Shown here: in pieces, positions 1 through 13,260 of the stretch
Layout: the number at the start of each line of letters is the position of its first letter
How positions within the stretch are numbered: position 1 is the first letter of the stretch
From: Eledone cirrhosa
Lineage: Eukaryota
Length of the DNA stretch: 64,000 nucleotides
Assembly (NCBI GenBank): GCA_964016885.1
Contig: OZ024749.1
Location: forward strand, 22,878,001 to 22,942,000
Direction: 5' to 3'
Translations under genes and position numbers: made by a program
The notes under the pieces: generated by a model
What the model was told of the DNA's origin: nothing
What the model saw: the letters and a program-made list of their open reading frames with translations, nothing else
The model's database searches: none

Positions 1-230
1 AGCAAGTAATTTGGCCATGTTTCACAACAACCTAATAGAGTTTAGAGGTTAGAAGCAGCATAAATATAAGTTTGTAAAGTTCAGCATTAACTTCAGAATG
101 ATAATGATACGATCCTCCGTAGGTTGCGGCGATGAGCATTCGATTTTTCGATCAGCTGTACGTCCAGTTTGTGGTTTAACTCTCTTACTAAAATAAACAA
201 CTCAACTTCTTCGAGTGGGCCCTGAAAAGT

Positions 231-492
231 GATCACTGTTTTCTGATATCGATTAGCGAACAACAGCAATCTAAGACCAACTCATGCAAGAAGAAGAAAA
301 AGAAGACCTATTGCCATGGCAACTGATCACTGGTTTCAGATATCAATCAGGCGAATAACAACCACATGAGACAAACTTATATGCAAAAAGAAAACCTACC
401 GCCTTGTAAACTGAGCACTGATCTCTGTATTATCGATCAGGCAGACACCATCATCCTGAGACTGATTCATACGCAAGAAGAAGAACGTCTAC
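231..492. repeat. Degenerate tandem repeat, 3 copies of ~90 bp
   Basis: GA(T/G)CACTG..TATC(G/A)AT(T/C)AG..GCAAGAAGAAGAA/GCAAAAAGAAA..CTA recurs at ~231, ~324 and ~412. Confidence 0.7.
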
Positions 493-526
493 TCAGTTTA
501 AAACGATATGGTGTTATTTGAGAAGA

Positions 527-650
527 ATGAGTTCAAATGCCGCCGAGGTTAACTTTGCCTTTCATCCTTACGGGGTCGATAAAATAAAGTACCAGTAATG
601 CACTGGGGTAATTGCTGGCGGCTCTTTGTCAAAAGTAAAAACAATTATCA
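527..650 (+). mobile_element. 5'-truncated tRNA-derived SINE (family A; MetaSINE-like core)
   Basis: B-box GAGTTCAAAT followed by core GCCTTTCATCCTTACGGGGTCGATAAAATAAAGTACCAG, same as the full copy at 17755. Confidence 0.9.
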
Positions 651-934
651 TTATCTCGAGGAGATTCGAAATAATGAGAACATTGGTTATATTATTAAAT
701 GCTTCAGAATCCACGATCATTTTCAAATTTGTTTACAAATCATAGCGTTTTACATTAGAAATATGGCAACGAAATGGTTACGGTATTTAGATTTGTCTAA
801 AAATATCAGTTTTATGTAAGCACATTTGGTAAGTTATGTTCCAAACACCAGTTTAATAATGAAAAGGTTATATTATTGATATTTTTCAAAACTACTTGAA
901 AATCATTAGCTCTGTCTTTTATTAACGAGGAAGT

Positions 935-1041
935 GTGTATGTGTGTGTGCGCGCGCGCGCGTGTGTGTGTGTGTGTATGTATGTGTGTGGTTGAGTGGGT
1001 GTGTGCGTGTGTGTGTATGTGTGTGTGTGTATGTGTGTGAA

Positions 1042-1123
<82 letters not shown>
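935..1123. repeat. (TG)n/(GA)n compound microsatellite, representative of dozens of (TA)n, (CA)n, (GA)n, (TATG)n tracts across the window
   Basis: Direct reading; these tracts generate most of the spurious ORFs. Confidence 0.98.
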
Positions 1124-1124
<1 letters not shown>

Positions 1125-1127
<3 letters not shown>

Positions 1128-1285
1128 TTGACGCCAGTATTTGACTGGTACTTCATTTATCGACATCGAAAGGATTATAGCATTTTTAAACGCAATGGCA
1201 TTTGAACTCAGAACGCAATGATTCGGAGCAAATACTGAGGAATTTCTTTAACCGTTCGTCCTTACGGATCTTCTAATTCACCGTA
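1125..1285 (-). mobile_element. Degenerate SINE family A
   Basis: CTGGTACTTCATTTATCGAC...ATTTGAACTCAGAACG is the reverse complement of the core and B-box. Confidence 0.7.
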
Positions 1286-1304
1286 TATTAGATAGCGCAA
1301 TACC

Positions 1305-1815
1305 CGGCTGAGGACATAGCATATGAGAATGCTTAAGACGTTCGTTTCACACTCGTTAGGTTCAGTGTTCGATTCTACAACGTGGAATTTCAGGCAAGTG
1401 TCATTTGTATTAGCATCATGTCGACCCATACATTGAAAGAGAAACTAAGTAGACAGAAACTGTGTGGCTGTCCGTCGGATGGACTATAACTTTAACACAA
1501 AGGACCGGCCTTACTATATACTGCGTCACATGTAATCTCCCTGAGAATTACATTCAAGCTTTCACGTGTCAATGGAAACTTCACCCATGCTTTGAAAGAG
1601 AAACTAGGTAGACAGAAACTGTGTGGATACCTATCAGATGGACTGTAACTTTAACACAAAGGCCCGGCCTTATTATATTTTGCATGACATCTAATCTCCC
1701 TGATAATTACTTTAAAGCTTCCACGTGTAAACGGAAGGTTGAGCCGTTAATTCCATTAGCGGCTCTTCGGTTGATCTACTAATTGGAACAAACATCGCTA
1801 AAACCGACGTAGACC
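1305..1815 (+). mobile_element. Old SINE-derived sequence containing a ~160 bp tandem duplication (~1432-1591 / ~1592-1750)
   Basis: GTTCGATTC B-box, GGCAAGTGTC CORE-like motif; TTGAAAGAGAAACTA.GTAGACAGAAACTGTGTGG...AATCTCCCTGA occurs twice. Confidence 0.6.
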
Positions 1816-2482
1816 CATTCCATTCCTTCCCATTCCTTACTATACTCAGTAGTAAAGATCGATGAAAGAGGAAAGCAACACAGTCGATGTAATAATATAT
1901 GGTGGACATCAATTCTCACTATTTCGATTATGTCAAATATGTTATAATGATTTTTCCCCTTTGATTAGCTATTCCCCTAAGACTCTGTGTATTGGGCTAA
2001 ATCTACTCTCGCTTCGGCGTGATCTTCCGATATTTCTCAAATATGTATGATGTTTAGACCTTTTGATCTTCTCCGAGAATTCCATACATCACCAATCTTG
2101 TATGGTCATCTCATTTGTACGTGGGAAGCAGCAAATATAGATTTACATTGCTAAATTTCTCTCTACTCTGCATTTTGCTTAATAACTAAAAAAACTGTAT
2201 ACAATTATACATGCATATATACACGCATATGTGTGTATATACACACATGTATGTGTGTATGCCTAAACATGCATACATACATTTTACACACACACACACA
2301 TATACATATATACAAAACAATATATATATATGTATGTATGTGTATATATATATATATATATACAATAATATGTAGATACACGCTCGAAAGTATTTGCAAG
2401 TATATACATAAAAGTCGGAGATCATGGCTGCCTAATAAGTTTTATACACTTAGAGATTTAGCTTAGCATCAGTGTAGCATCA

Positions 2483-3263
2483 GGCGCATGGTTTAGTGAT
2501 TAGAGCATTGCACTTGCAAACGGAAGGTTGTGAGTTCGATTCTCGAACCGAGTGATTCATTGTTTCCTCGAGCAAGACACTTTATTTTACGTCGCTCCAG
2601 TTTACTTAGTTGTAGAAAAATGAGTTGCTACGTCACTGGTGCCAAGCTGTACCAGCCATTGGCTTTCCCTTGGACACCACATATTATGTATATATAGAGT
2701 ATAGAGTGTATATATAGAGAGATTATATAGAGTATATGTTGCAACGTCACTGGTGCCAAGCTGTACCGGCCATTGTCTTTCCCTTGGACACCACATATTA
2801 TATATATATAGAGTATAGAGTGTATATATAGAAAGATTATATAGAGTATATGTTGCAACGTCACTGGTGCCAAGCTGTACCAGCCATTAGCTTTCTCTTG
2901 GACACAACATATAGTGTATTTATAGAGTATAGAGTGTATGTATAGAGAGATTATATAGAATATATGTTGAGATGTCACTGGTGCCAAGCTGTACCGGCCA
3001 TTGGCTTTCTCTTGGATATCACATATAGTGTATATATAGAGTATAGTGTATATATATATAGAGAGAGTATACATGGTGTATGTTGAGATGTCACTGGTGC
3101 CAAGCTGTACCGGCCATTGACCTTTCCTTGGACAACATCAGTGGCGTGGAGAGGGCTGACTGGTATGCTGGTCTTCCAAAAAACAACCTTGCCAGGACAT
3201 GTGCCTCGGAGAGAAACATTCTACGTTCAAATCCCAAGGTCATTCGTGTCCCTAGTGGGGTCT
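2483..3263 (+). mobile_element. tRNA-derived CORE-type SINE (family B) with an internal 114-bp tandem expansion
   Basis: A-box TGGTTTAGTGA, B-box GAGTTCGATTC, CORE-like GAGCAAGACACTTTA; GTCACTGGTGCCAAGCTGTAC units start near 2624, 2738, 2852, 2966, 3082; unexpanded head of the same family on - strand at ~57929-58064. Confidence 0.85.
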
Positions 3264-3389
3264 TACAGTGTAACAATCTATGTGGTCGATTGACGTACTA
3301 GAAATAGCAGTCGATTCTCGCTCGATTCAAATAATACACTTTTAGACAAAGCAAGTCACATTCTTAATAGGTAATAGGGCCTTGAAAAT

Positions 3390-3960
3390 GATGATGATGA
3401 TGATGATTATGAGAAAGATGATGGTAGACGATGACGACGACGATGATGATGGCGATGATGGTGATCATGATGACGATGGTGGTGGCGATGATGATTAAGA
3501 CGGCAATGACGACGATGAGAACGCCGCCGTTGACGATGAGAACGCCGCCGTAGACGATGAGAACGCCGCCGTTGACGATGACAACGCCGCCGTTGACGAT
3601 GACAACGCCGCCGTTGACGATGAGAACGCCGCCGTTGACGATGACAACGCCGCCGTTGACGATGAAAACGCCGCCGTTGACTATGAGAACGCCGCCGTTG
3701 ACGATGAGAACGCCGCCGTTGACGATGAGAACGCCGCCGTTGACGATGAGAACGCCGCCGTTGACGATGACAACGCCGCCGTTGACAATGAGAACGCCGC
3801 CGTTGACAATGATGCTGACGACAACGATGATGATGATGATGAAAATGATAACAATGAGAATGATGGTAATGAACTTCAATATGATGATGGTGATGATGTT
3901 GAGGTGACGACAATGAAGATGGTGTCTATGATGATGCTTATGATGATGATGATGACAATG
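3390..3960. repeat. (GAT)n low-complexity tract with a 21-bp minisatellite GACGATGAGAACGCCGCCGTT, ~14 copies at 3510-3810
   Basis: Direct reading; open in several frames because the unit is a multiple of 3. Confidence 0.95.
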
Positions 3961-4203
3961 GTGTTAAATATTAAATGTCGTGCTAATATTGACTTCAAAA
4001 TCTTTACGAGGTAACAATTCATTTATATTTTCATTTAATAGTTCTGGTGATCCCAATTTTTTGTTTTATTTCATTAATTAAGTAATAATTAATTATGTAT
4101 GGTTCTTGAAATATGGATGAAACGTTCATCAATTAATTAAACGTTAATGAATTAATTAATATGAAATATAATTAACCGCTTTGGTATTTAGTATTATAAT
4201 AAT

Positions 4204-4586
4204 CGTTTCTACTTTTTGGCACAAGGCCAACAATTATCCCAGTGCATTACTGGTACTTTATTTTATCGACTCCGTAAGGATGAAAGGCAAAGTTAACCTC
4301 GGCGGGAGTTGAACTCAGATCGTAAAGGCCCGTAACTCGATGCTGCAAACAATGGCGTCCAACCTTCTACCGATACTGCTAATTCACCGCCATTTAGTAT
4401 TATAATAATTGTTTCTACTTTTTGGCACAAGGCCACCAATTATCCAGTACATTACTGGTACTTTATTTTATCGACCCGGTAAGGATGAAAGGCAAAGTTA
4501 ACATCGGAGGGATTTGAACTCAGAATGGCAAGGGTCGTAACTCTATGCGTCAAAGCATGGCGTCCGACCCTCTACCGATACTGACA
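4204..4586 (-). mobile_element. Two head-to-tail SINE family A copies (4204-4391, 4410-4586)
   Basis: Both match the reverse complement of 17755-17939; 18-bp TSD ATTTAGTATTATAATAAT at 4186-4203 and 4392-4409. Confidence 0.92.
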
Positions 4587-4914
4587 ATAATGATATATAT
4601 ATTATCATAATATATATATTGACCCAATTGCTTCTGCTAGACACCACCAGGTGGCGATAGCTACCGGTGTTATTGCACAGCTACGGCTGTCTAAATGTTT
4701 ATTTATAAACATAGCGTATTTCTTTAGAAATACGAAATTAAAATACAGATCTGTATAAAGCTATGCTCGAAGCTGAATTTTAATTCTATTCTCTCTCTAT
4801 ATATATATGTATCCAAGAGATGTCAACATGAATGGAGCTGTTATTTTTATCTAAAGACATTTTTTTTCCAATTCCAACCACCAGTCAGTTTCAAATCTAT
4901 TTTATTTCTCATTC

Positions 4915-5027
4915 TTTCTTCTGATGAAGGACTAGCGCCCGAAACTATAAGGCCCTCTTCCTGCTATTTTAAGCGTTAACCTAATATATTCCTTCCATAT
5001 ACTGTATGGATCGTGTTGTTATTTCTG

Positions 5028-5030
<3 letters not shown>
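4915..5030 (+). ncRNA. Degenerate minimal hammerhead within a PLE pLTR fragment; second copy at 18981-19085
   Basis: CTT-CTGATGA-A-GGAC-TAGC-G(C/T)CC-GAAA-C..T-AAG; stem III mutated in both copies; shared downstream GCGTTAACCTAATATAT...GTGTTGTTATTTCTGTT. Confidence 0.6.
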
Positions 5031-5115
<85 letters not shown>

Positions 5116-5220
5116 GTTGTAGTATGCTTGAAGGTTGAGGAATATGAAATATAAATTTAAATAAGTTTAAATAATTGGAAGTCTGACAATGCGTGCAAGA
5201 TTAAAGTGCTATGGTAACAA

Positions 5221-5550
5221 GAGTTGTCCCCCGGTATTCGCGTGGGTTATGCTCCTAGATCACGCAGAAGAGTGAAAAAACCGCGAATACTGGACGTGGA
5301 CCATAAAATTGCCTATAAACAACAAAATATAACGTAAAATATAGGATGGCAAATACGGTATATTGTTATTAATAATTTAGTGTTAAAACGTGTGAAATAA
5401 TATATTTGCAACGAAAAAAGCCATAAAAAACCATAAAAAAAGATATTTAGGATTCCATGAAAATGCGGTGATTTCCACGAATAATTTTTTATTTAGGTAC
5501 TAATGAAAATTCCGCGAATAACAAGGACCGCGAATACCGTGGATACACTG
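5221..5550. mobile_element. Non-autonomous pogo/Tigger-type (Tc1/mariner) MITE
   Basis: Imperfect 22-bp TIRs (GAGTTGTCCCCCGGTATTCGCG / CGCGAATACCGTGGATACACTG followed by TA); subterminal CCGCGAATA repeats. Confidence 0.7.
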
Positions 5551-5569
5551 TATATATGCCTTTATTACT

Positions 5570-5680
5570 AATCCCGTCGAGGTCAACTTTGCCTTTCATC
5601 CTTACGGGGTCGATAAAATAAAGTACCAGTAATGCACTGGGAAAATTGCTGGCCTCGTGCTAAAAGTAGAAACATTTATT
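5570..5680 (+). mobile_element. 5'-truncated SINE family A
   Basis: Core plus AAAGTAGAAACA tail. Confidence 0.9.
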
Positions 5681-6151
5681 ACTATAGATTTTCAGCCAGC
5701 ACTCTACGTATTGACATATATAAGCACTTTGTGTGTATATATTATACAGCAACATATGTCTATGTTAGGCGACACTGTATGTCGAGGCAAGATCTAAACA
5801 CCTGAACTGTATATGCACACGACAATAACTTTGTAGACTAAAACAAAATGAAAATTGAGAACATCAGAATAGTTTAACGATTGCCTAAGCAACAAAGTAC
5901 ACCGTTTAAGTTTCCCTTTAAACAATAACAGTCTCTTCTGTCTAAACTACTTGATTCGTCAGTGTTCAACACCATACGTTTAAGAGATTGAACTTGACGC
6001 CTGTTAAGAAATCAACCAAAATAAAGCACCAAGAGAGATAAAGAGAAGTTTGAATTTTAAGAGATTTCGTGTAACAGACTTCCACAGCAAACATTTCGCA
6101 GATGTTGTAAATTAACACAAATATTCAGACTATTGCAAGTAGTGAATATTT

Positions 6152-6196
<45 letters not shown>

Positions 6197-6306
6197 GTAT
6201 AAACACACACACAGCACCAACATATATATATATACATATTATCAAACATATCTACAAATACACAGTCACCCACATAAACCACATCAATATAGATAAAATT
6301 ATTGAT

Positions 6307-6368
<62 letters not shown>

Positions 6369-6381
6369 GTATGTGTGTATA

Positions 6382-6418
<37 letters not shown>

Positions 6419-6807
6419 ATTACATAAAGTATTATATACATAACCACACACAAACGAACGCACATATTCATACACATATATTATTTTAATATATATGTAT
6501 GTATATGTAAGTATGTATTTATGTATGTATTTATCTATATATATGTATGTATATATGTATATATAAATAGATATAGATATATATACATACACACACAAAC
6601 ACACACCTCACACACACATATATATATATATATATGGGTGTGTGCGTAACTACAAACCTACTGACAGACATATATTTATATACTTAGATACATTTCTATA
6701 CATTTTTATATATGTACACACACACACACTCAGACACACACACACATGTACACACACATACACACACACACACTCAGACACACACACACATATACACACA
6801 CATACAC

Positions 6808-6904
<97 letters not shown>

Positions 6905-7004
6905 ACTGAAATGCAATTACAACCAGATGAAACAGTCCAGAATTACATTCGTAAAAGTTGTATATATTACACATTTAGCCGACTTGGTTCTATAAAGGTG
7001 AAAC

Positions 7005-7100
<96 letters not shown>

Positions 7101-7134
7101 AGATTTGAATGGATACAGTTTAGTTGAAAGGAAT

Positions 7135-7249
7135 TTATTGACACGTGTTTCTATAACAGTTACATAACCTAAAACAGCTGCTATCTACAAACTTTTAGTT
7201 ATGCAGACATTCAATATTTCAATGTTATTATTTACTGTCATTTCATCAG

Positions 7250-7254
<5 letters not shown>
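7135..7254 (-). ncRNA. Type I hammerhead ribozyme with long stem II
   Basis: Minus strand: UUAUU-CUGAUGA-A-AUGACAGU...ACUGUUAU-A-GAAA-CACGUG-UC-AAUAA; palindromic stem III. Confidence 0.85.
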
Positions 7255-7330
<76 letters not shown>

Positions 7331-7584
7331 GAAGGAATTGTGGTAAGGAACCAGACGGACCATATATATGTCCCTCTCTCTCTATATATATATACATATG
7401 TATATATATATTATTATATATACATAAAAATATATATGCATATATAAATATAAATTAGCGAGAATCGTATTTCGGCTTAAGAATTAACGAAAAACAACTT
7501 CCGAAATGTGTGGCAAGCGCTCAATGATTCAGATGAACCAGAGCTACAACATACGTTAAAGGCCAAATACTCACCTCCTACATT

Positions 7585-7640
<56 letters not shown>

Positions 7641-7643
<3 letters not shown>

Positions 7644-8275
7644 CGAAGGAAATGTGGTAAGGAACCAGGTGGACCATAACGCACCAAAGTACTCAATACT
7701 TGAGGTAGTAGAGTGGGTAATAGGAACCAGTAAGACCCCGACAGCTGAGCTCAAGCCGTTTCGACGGCTAATTCTGGACTAAATGAAAATTTATCCTGGT
7801 ATTTAAATAGCCGATCTTCTCAAGGGGTAATTCCATATATGGTCAAAGTGATTGTCAAAAATCAGTAGTAATTCTGTGGTTGCAAATTAGTAGGGGAGAT
7901 GGTGGCTAAACCTGCCAGTAGGAGAAAGAGGGGAAGGGGTGGAGTAGACCCAATCAAGCGTTGGTAGTGCCAGCTACAGCTGGGCATGAGGTCAAAGAAG
8001 ATACAGGGGAGGGGGAGGGGGAGGAAGTCGGAACGGTAGGTAGAACAATGGGGGGTAGAAATAGGAAAGAAAAAATACTGAGAGTGAAGAAAAGCAAATA
8101 AGTGTAAAGAAAAAAAAAAAAATGTAAAGTAAATTAAATTCAACGACCTAGGTGTCAGGCTATTGTTAGGCGAGAATAAAATAAATAAAGAAAGAAAGAA
8201 GTAAATAAATAAATAAATAAATAAATAAGGAAATAAGTAAGAGAACTAGGTGGGACGGAGAAGGCAAGGACCCTT
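7641..8275 (-). repeat. Inverted pseudo-LTR carrying an 80-nt tail absent from the terminal pLTR
   Basis: Reverse complement of 10379-11001; the terminal pLTR stops at GGTTCCTA (14457, equivalent to 10921). Confidence 0.95.
7735..7828 (-). ncRNA. U3-A8 type I hammerhead (inverted pLTR copy)
   Basis: Reverse complement of 14350-14443. Confidence 0.88.
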
Positions 8276-9716
8276 GTTCAGCAATATGGAGGATAAACGA
8301 GAAACTAAATTCATACAGTTCGACATAGAGAGCTACTATGCTTCAATCACCTTACCGCTACTTACTGCCGCCTTGGACTTCGCCGAAACACTCGTGCCCA
8401 TCACCGACCAGGAAAGAAAAATCATCCTCCACGCCAGGAAGACAGTCTTACTCTTTGACAACTCTAAATGGATAAAAAGAGCTCCCGACTCACCCTTCGA
8501 CGTCAGCATGGGCGCCACGGATTTGGCGGAGGTCACTGATCTTGTAGGATTATTCCTAATAGCCAAACTCATTGATATGTTTCCTGCATTCGGTGGTGGA
8601 TTGTACCGTGATGATGGGCTCCTTACCCTTAAAGGGTACAACCCCAGTAGTACAGATCGGGTCCGGAAACAATTAATCAGATTCTTCCGCGACTGGGGAT
8701 TTAAAATAACCCTACAAACGTCCCTGACCCGAGTAAACTTCCTGGACGTAACCCTCGACCTCGAAAACGACCTGTACTACCCATACAGGAAACCTAATGA
8801 CAATCTGCACTACATCCACCGCCGATCAAACCATCCTAGGAACATCACAAACAACCTGGTCAAAAACATCTCCCTCCGCATATCCCGTTTGTCAGCTAAT
8901 GAGCGGATATTCGATGAACATGCGCCTTATTACAATCAGGCCCTCAAGCGGAGTGGTTTCCGGGAGGAAATATCCTACTGTCCAGCTCCCATTAGCGGAA
9001 CCAGCAGGAGACACCGCCGCTCACGCAATGTAACATGGTTCAATCCTCCCCACAACGCAGAGGTGACTACTCCCATCGGGAAACTATTCTTTAGGCTCAT
9101 TGAAAAACACTTCCCATTACAACACCGCTACCACAACATAATTAACAAAAATACCATCAAACTCTCTTACAGCACTACACCAAACTTCGCACAAAACATC
9201 GTCTCCTCTAACAACAAAAAACTCAACCCCGATGGCAGAAATAACCTAATTAGCAGTGGAGAACCGACCAGGAGGTGTAACTGCCCGGATAGATCTATTT
9301 GCCCACTCGACAATAGATGCAGAGACCGTAATGTGATCTACCAGTGCAACGTGAGGACGGATACCTCCAACAAAGCCTATATAGGACTTACCGCATGTGA
9401 CTTCAAGACCCGGCTATACCAACATAGACATACCTTCCGAAACCCGGCCCGGCGTCACGCCACTACACTTTCGGGCCACATATGGGACCTCAAGGACAAC
9501 AACATCACCTATGATCTCACTTGGAGATTACTGTCCAGAGCCAATTCTTACACGGGAGGACGCCGTCCGTGCAATTTATGCTCGGAGGAAACTTTACAAA
9601 TGCTGTTTTCGACGGACCAACTCCTAAACAAGAAAGATGAACTGGTTACTGCATGTAAACATAGATTGCGTAGGACTTACCTCGCCCTCAAACCCCATAA
9701 TGACCCGGGGGGGTAG
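8276..9716 (+). pseudogene. 5'-truncated but open PLE ORF: RT core, thumb, GIY-YIG endonuclease
   Basis: QFDIESYY, MGATDLAE, GLYRDDGL, CNC-CPL-C, VIY...YIG, CNLC..E, LNKKDEL...CKH; the first residues of the track ORF (8250-8275) come from the inverted pLTR. Confidence 0.93.
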
Positions 9717-10813
9717 ACTAGGGCTATAACACCCCAGTTGCCGATTTTGCAATGGGTAACCCCTGCTTGCCAAGGAAGACGTAAGATCTTCTTTGTATTC
9801 TTTTATCGCTTCCTTTATTTCCTTCCCCCCTCTCTCCTTTGTCCTTCTACCCCAGCTCTTCTCCTTTGTCGGCGTCTTTTCTCGCCCACCTGAGGCTGCC
9901 CTTTGGCCCCATGTAGCCTTAGTACCCCCCCTCCCCTAGTCTTTGATAGACTTGGCGGACTCCGCCCTTTATAGCAGTTGGCTTAGACCCCGGATACTTT
10001 CCCCCTTTTTCCGACCGCTCCCACTATTCTCTGTGCCCTCTATATTTCTTAGTGGCACTTATGCCTTATTTTTTCGTTTCAGTATTTCTTGCTTCGCTTT
10101 TCTTCTGGGCGGGGTGGATTCTGAATTTATTTCTCCGTATTCTACCTTTATTTCGTACGAACTTTCATGTAGCTTGTTTTAGATCTTTTAGAGTTAGCAT
10201 TAGTATATATTTTTCTCGGGACTCAGAATTATTATCTCGTACAAGTTCACTTTGCTGCACTGGGTCGTTGCTGGCCCGGGATGGAAACCTTTATTGTTTA
10301 TTTCGTGGTAGTCTCTTTAGTATGTTGGCCCCTTTTGTTGACCCGTCACCGTATCATTTACGTACTTATACCTCTTAAAAGGGTCCTTGCCTTATCCGTC
10401 CCACCTAGTTCTCTTACTTATTTACTTATTTATTTATTTATTTATTTACTTCTTTCTTTCTTTCTTTATTTTATTCTCGCCTAACAATAGCCTGACACCT
10501 AGGTCGTTGAATTTAATTTACTTTACTTTTTTCTTTACACTTATTTGCTTTTCTTCACTCTCAGTATTTTTTCTTTCCTATTTCTACCCCCCATTGTTCT
10601 ACCTACCGTTCCGACTTCCTCCCCCTCCCCCTCCCCTGTATCTTCTTTGACCTCATGCCCAGCTGTAGCTGGCACTACCAACGCTTGATTGGGTCTACTC
10701 CACCCCCTCCCCTCTTTCTCCTACTGGCAGGTTTAGCCACCATCTCCCCTACTAATTTGCAACCACAGAATTACTACTGATTTTTGACAATCACTTTGAC
10801 CATATATGGAATT

Positions 10814-10907
10814 ACCCCTTGAGAAGATCGTCTATTTAAATACCAGGATAAATTTTCATTTAGTCCAGAATTAGCCGCCGAAACGGCTTGAGCTCAGCTG
10901 TCGGGGT
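10814..10907 (+). ncRNA. U3-A8 type I hammerhead (internal pLTR), predicted cleavage after C10902; two stem II substitutions (10831, 10878)
   Basis: ACCCC-UUGAGAA-stem II-GAAA-CGGCU-loop-AGCUG-UC-GGGGU. Confidence 0.82.
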
Positions 10908-11092
10908 CTTACTGGTTCCTATTACCCACTCTACTACCTCAAGTATTGAGTACTTTGGTGCGTTATGGTCCACCTGGTTCCTTACCACATTTCCTTCGTT
11001 ATCTAGCTCCTACTCCCGTAGTAGAGCACTTTCCGACCCTACCACGCCGTATCCAGACTTTTCCGCTAAGCTCAATTCATTTCACCCGCACC

Positions 11093-13260
11093 ATGCGAAA
11101 ACACAACATTGACTTCTCTACCAAGAACATCCCAATCCCACCAAAAAAACTTTACCTTCGGATGCTCACGCAAAAAATTGATCTATTTGCGAAAAGACTT
11201 AGATGGAGAACTTTTTTCTATGACAGATATTGCGACAACCAAGACTTCGGCACCAAGGAGAGATTCGGATTTATTACCTACAAATCTCCGCCCCTGAACC
11301 CCTTGCTCGCACCCTTCGAGAATGACCTCTTCCAACTGGTCAAGAACATTAAATTTAAACCCAGACACAACCGATTCCTACAAAAACTCCGTAGCAACTT
11401 AACAGAGTATGATAACACAAATGACATCATGGTGCATTCGGATAAAACTGGGAACCTATACTTTGTCAACCCTGACAGATACCACACACTGATCAGGAGC
11501 AGCCTAAACTCCACCTATAAAAAGGCCAACCACTCTTGTATCGAGGACATAAATCGAGATGGACAACAAATCACCTCCAGCCTCGGGGTCGCCGACCGCA
11601 CGGAACCTCTAGGCCCACGGACACCATACTTCACACTGAAGGACCATAAATCCGATTTTGACCGTAAACCCTCCATCAGGCTTATTAACCCAACGAAGTC
11701 CGACATAGGGAGAATCAGCAAAAAAATCCTAGACCGCGTGATACCAAAAGTCAAGCAACACACCCGACTTAGCCTATGGATCAACACCCAGGAAGTAATC
11801 TCCTGGTTCAGCAATATGGAGGATAAACGAGAAACTAAATTCATACAGTTCGACATAGAGAGCTACTATGCTTCAATCACCTTACCGCTACTTACTGCCG
11901 CCTTGGACTTCGCCGAAACACTCGTGCCCATCACCGACCAGGAAAGAAAAATCATCCTCCACGCCAGGAAGACAGTCTTACTCTTTGACAACTCTAAATG
12001 GATAAAAAGAGCTCCCGACTCACCCTTCGACGTCAGCATGGGCGCCACGGATTCGGCGGAGGTCACTGATCTTGTAGGATTATTCCTAATAGCCAAACTC
12101 ACTGATATGTTTCCTGCATTCGGTGGTGGATTGTACCGTGATGATGGGCTCCTTACCCTTAAAGGGTACAACCCCAGTAGTACAGATCGGGTCCGGAAAC
12201 AATTAATCAGATTCTTCCGCGACTGGGGATTTAAAATAACCCTACAAACGTCCCTGACCCGAGTAAACTTCCTGGACGTAACCCTCGACCTCGAAAACGA
12301 CCTGTACTACCCATACAGGAAACCTAATGACAATCTGCACTACATCCACCGCCGATCAAACCATCCTAGGAACATCACAAACAACCTGGTCAAAAACATC
12401 TCCCTCCGCATATCCCGTTTGTCAGCTAATGAGCGGATATTCGATGAACATGCGCCTTATTACAATCAGGCCCTCAAGCGGGTGGTTTCCGGGAGGAAAT
12501 ATCCTACTGTCCAGCTCCCATTAGCGGAACCAGCAGGAGACACCGCCGCTCACGCAATGTAACATGGTTCAATCCTCCCCACAACGCAGAGGTGACTACT
12601 CCCATCGGGAAACTATTCTTTAGGCTCATTGAAAAACACTTCCCATTACAACACCGCTACCACAACATAATTAACAAAAATACCATCAAACTCTCTTACA
12701 GCACTACACCAAACTTCGCACAAAACATCGTCTCCTCTAACAACAAAAAACTCAACCCCGATGGCAGAAATAACCTAATTAGCAGTGGAGAACCGACCAG
12801 GAGGTGTAACTGCCCGGATAGATTTATTTGCCCACTCGACAATAGATGCAGAGACCGTAATGTGATCTACCAGTGCAACGTGAGGACGGATACCTCCAAC
12901 AAAGCCTATATAGGACTTACCGCATGTGATTTCAAGACCCGGCTATACCAACATAGACATACCTTCCGAAACCCGGCCCGGCGTCACGCCACTACACTTT
13001 CGGGCCACATATGGGACCTCAAGGACAACAACATCACCTATGATCTCACTTGGAGATTACTGTCCAGAGCCAATTCTTACACGGGAGGACGCCGTCCGTG
13101 CAATTTATGCTCGGAGGAAACTTTACAAATGCTGTTTTCGACGGACCAACTCCTAAACAAGAAAGATGAACTGGTTACTGCATGTAAACATAGATTGCGT
13201 AGGACTTACCTCGCCCTCAAACCCCATAATGACCCGGGGGGGGGTAGACTAGGGCTATAA
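11093..13260 (+). CDS. Full-length Naiad-type PLE RT/GIY-YIG protein (~717 aa when corrected); 1-nt deletion frameshift at ~12482
   Basis: ATG at 11093 in ACCATG context; FSTKNIPIP...KRLRW N-terminus, SDKTGNLY, RLINP, YRDD; the upstream copy reads AAGCGGAGTGG where this one reads AAGCGGGTGG. Confidence 0.92.

Noticed and set aside
2624-3135. CRISPR-like repeat-spacer appearance
   Set aside because: Spacers are near-identical to each other, the repeat is SINE sequence, the context is eukaryotic and there are no cas genes
3364-3913. Repeat proteins (IVNGGVL, HRQRRRS, MRTPPLT)
   Set aside because: The 21-bp minisatellite is open in several frames; no unique coding flanks or splice support
9943-10650. 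Short hydrophobic ORFs in the Naiad pLTRs (repeated at 13479-14186)
   Set aside because: Pyrimidine-rich UTR, mostly non-ATG starts; identity only reflects the duplication
12470-12500. Programmed ribosomal frameshift between RT and EN
   Set aside because: The sister unit is continuous here and no slippery heptamer is present
8276-13260. Selenocysteine recoding, known in some Naiad PLEs
   Set aside because: All conserved Cys positions are TGY in both units and in the 55926 fragment; the ORF break is a 1-nt deletion, not a TGA
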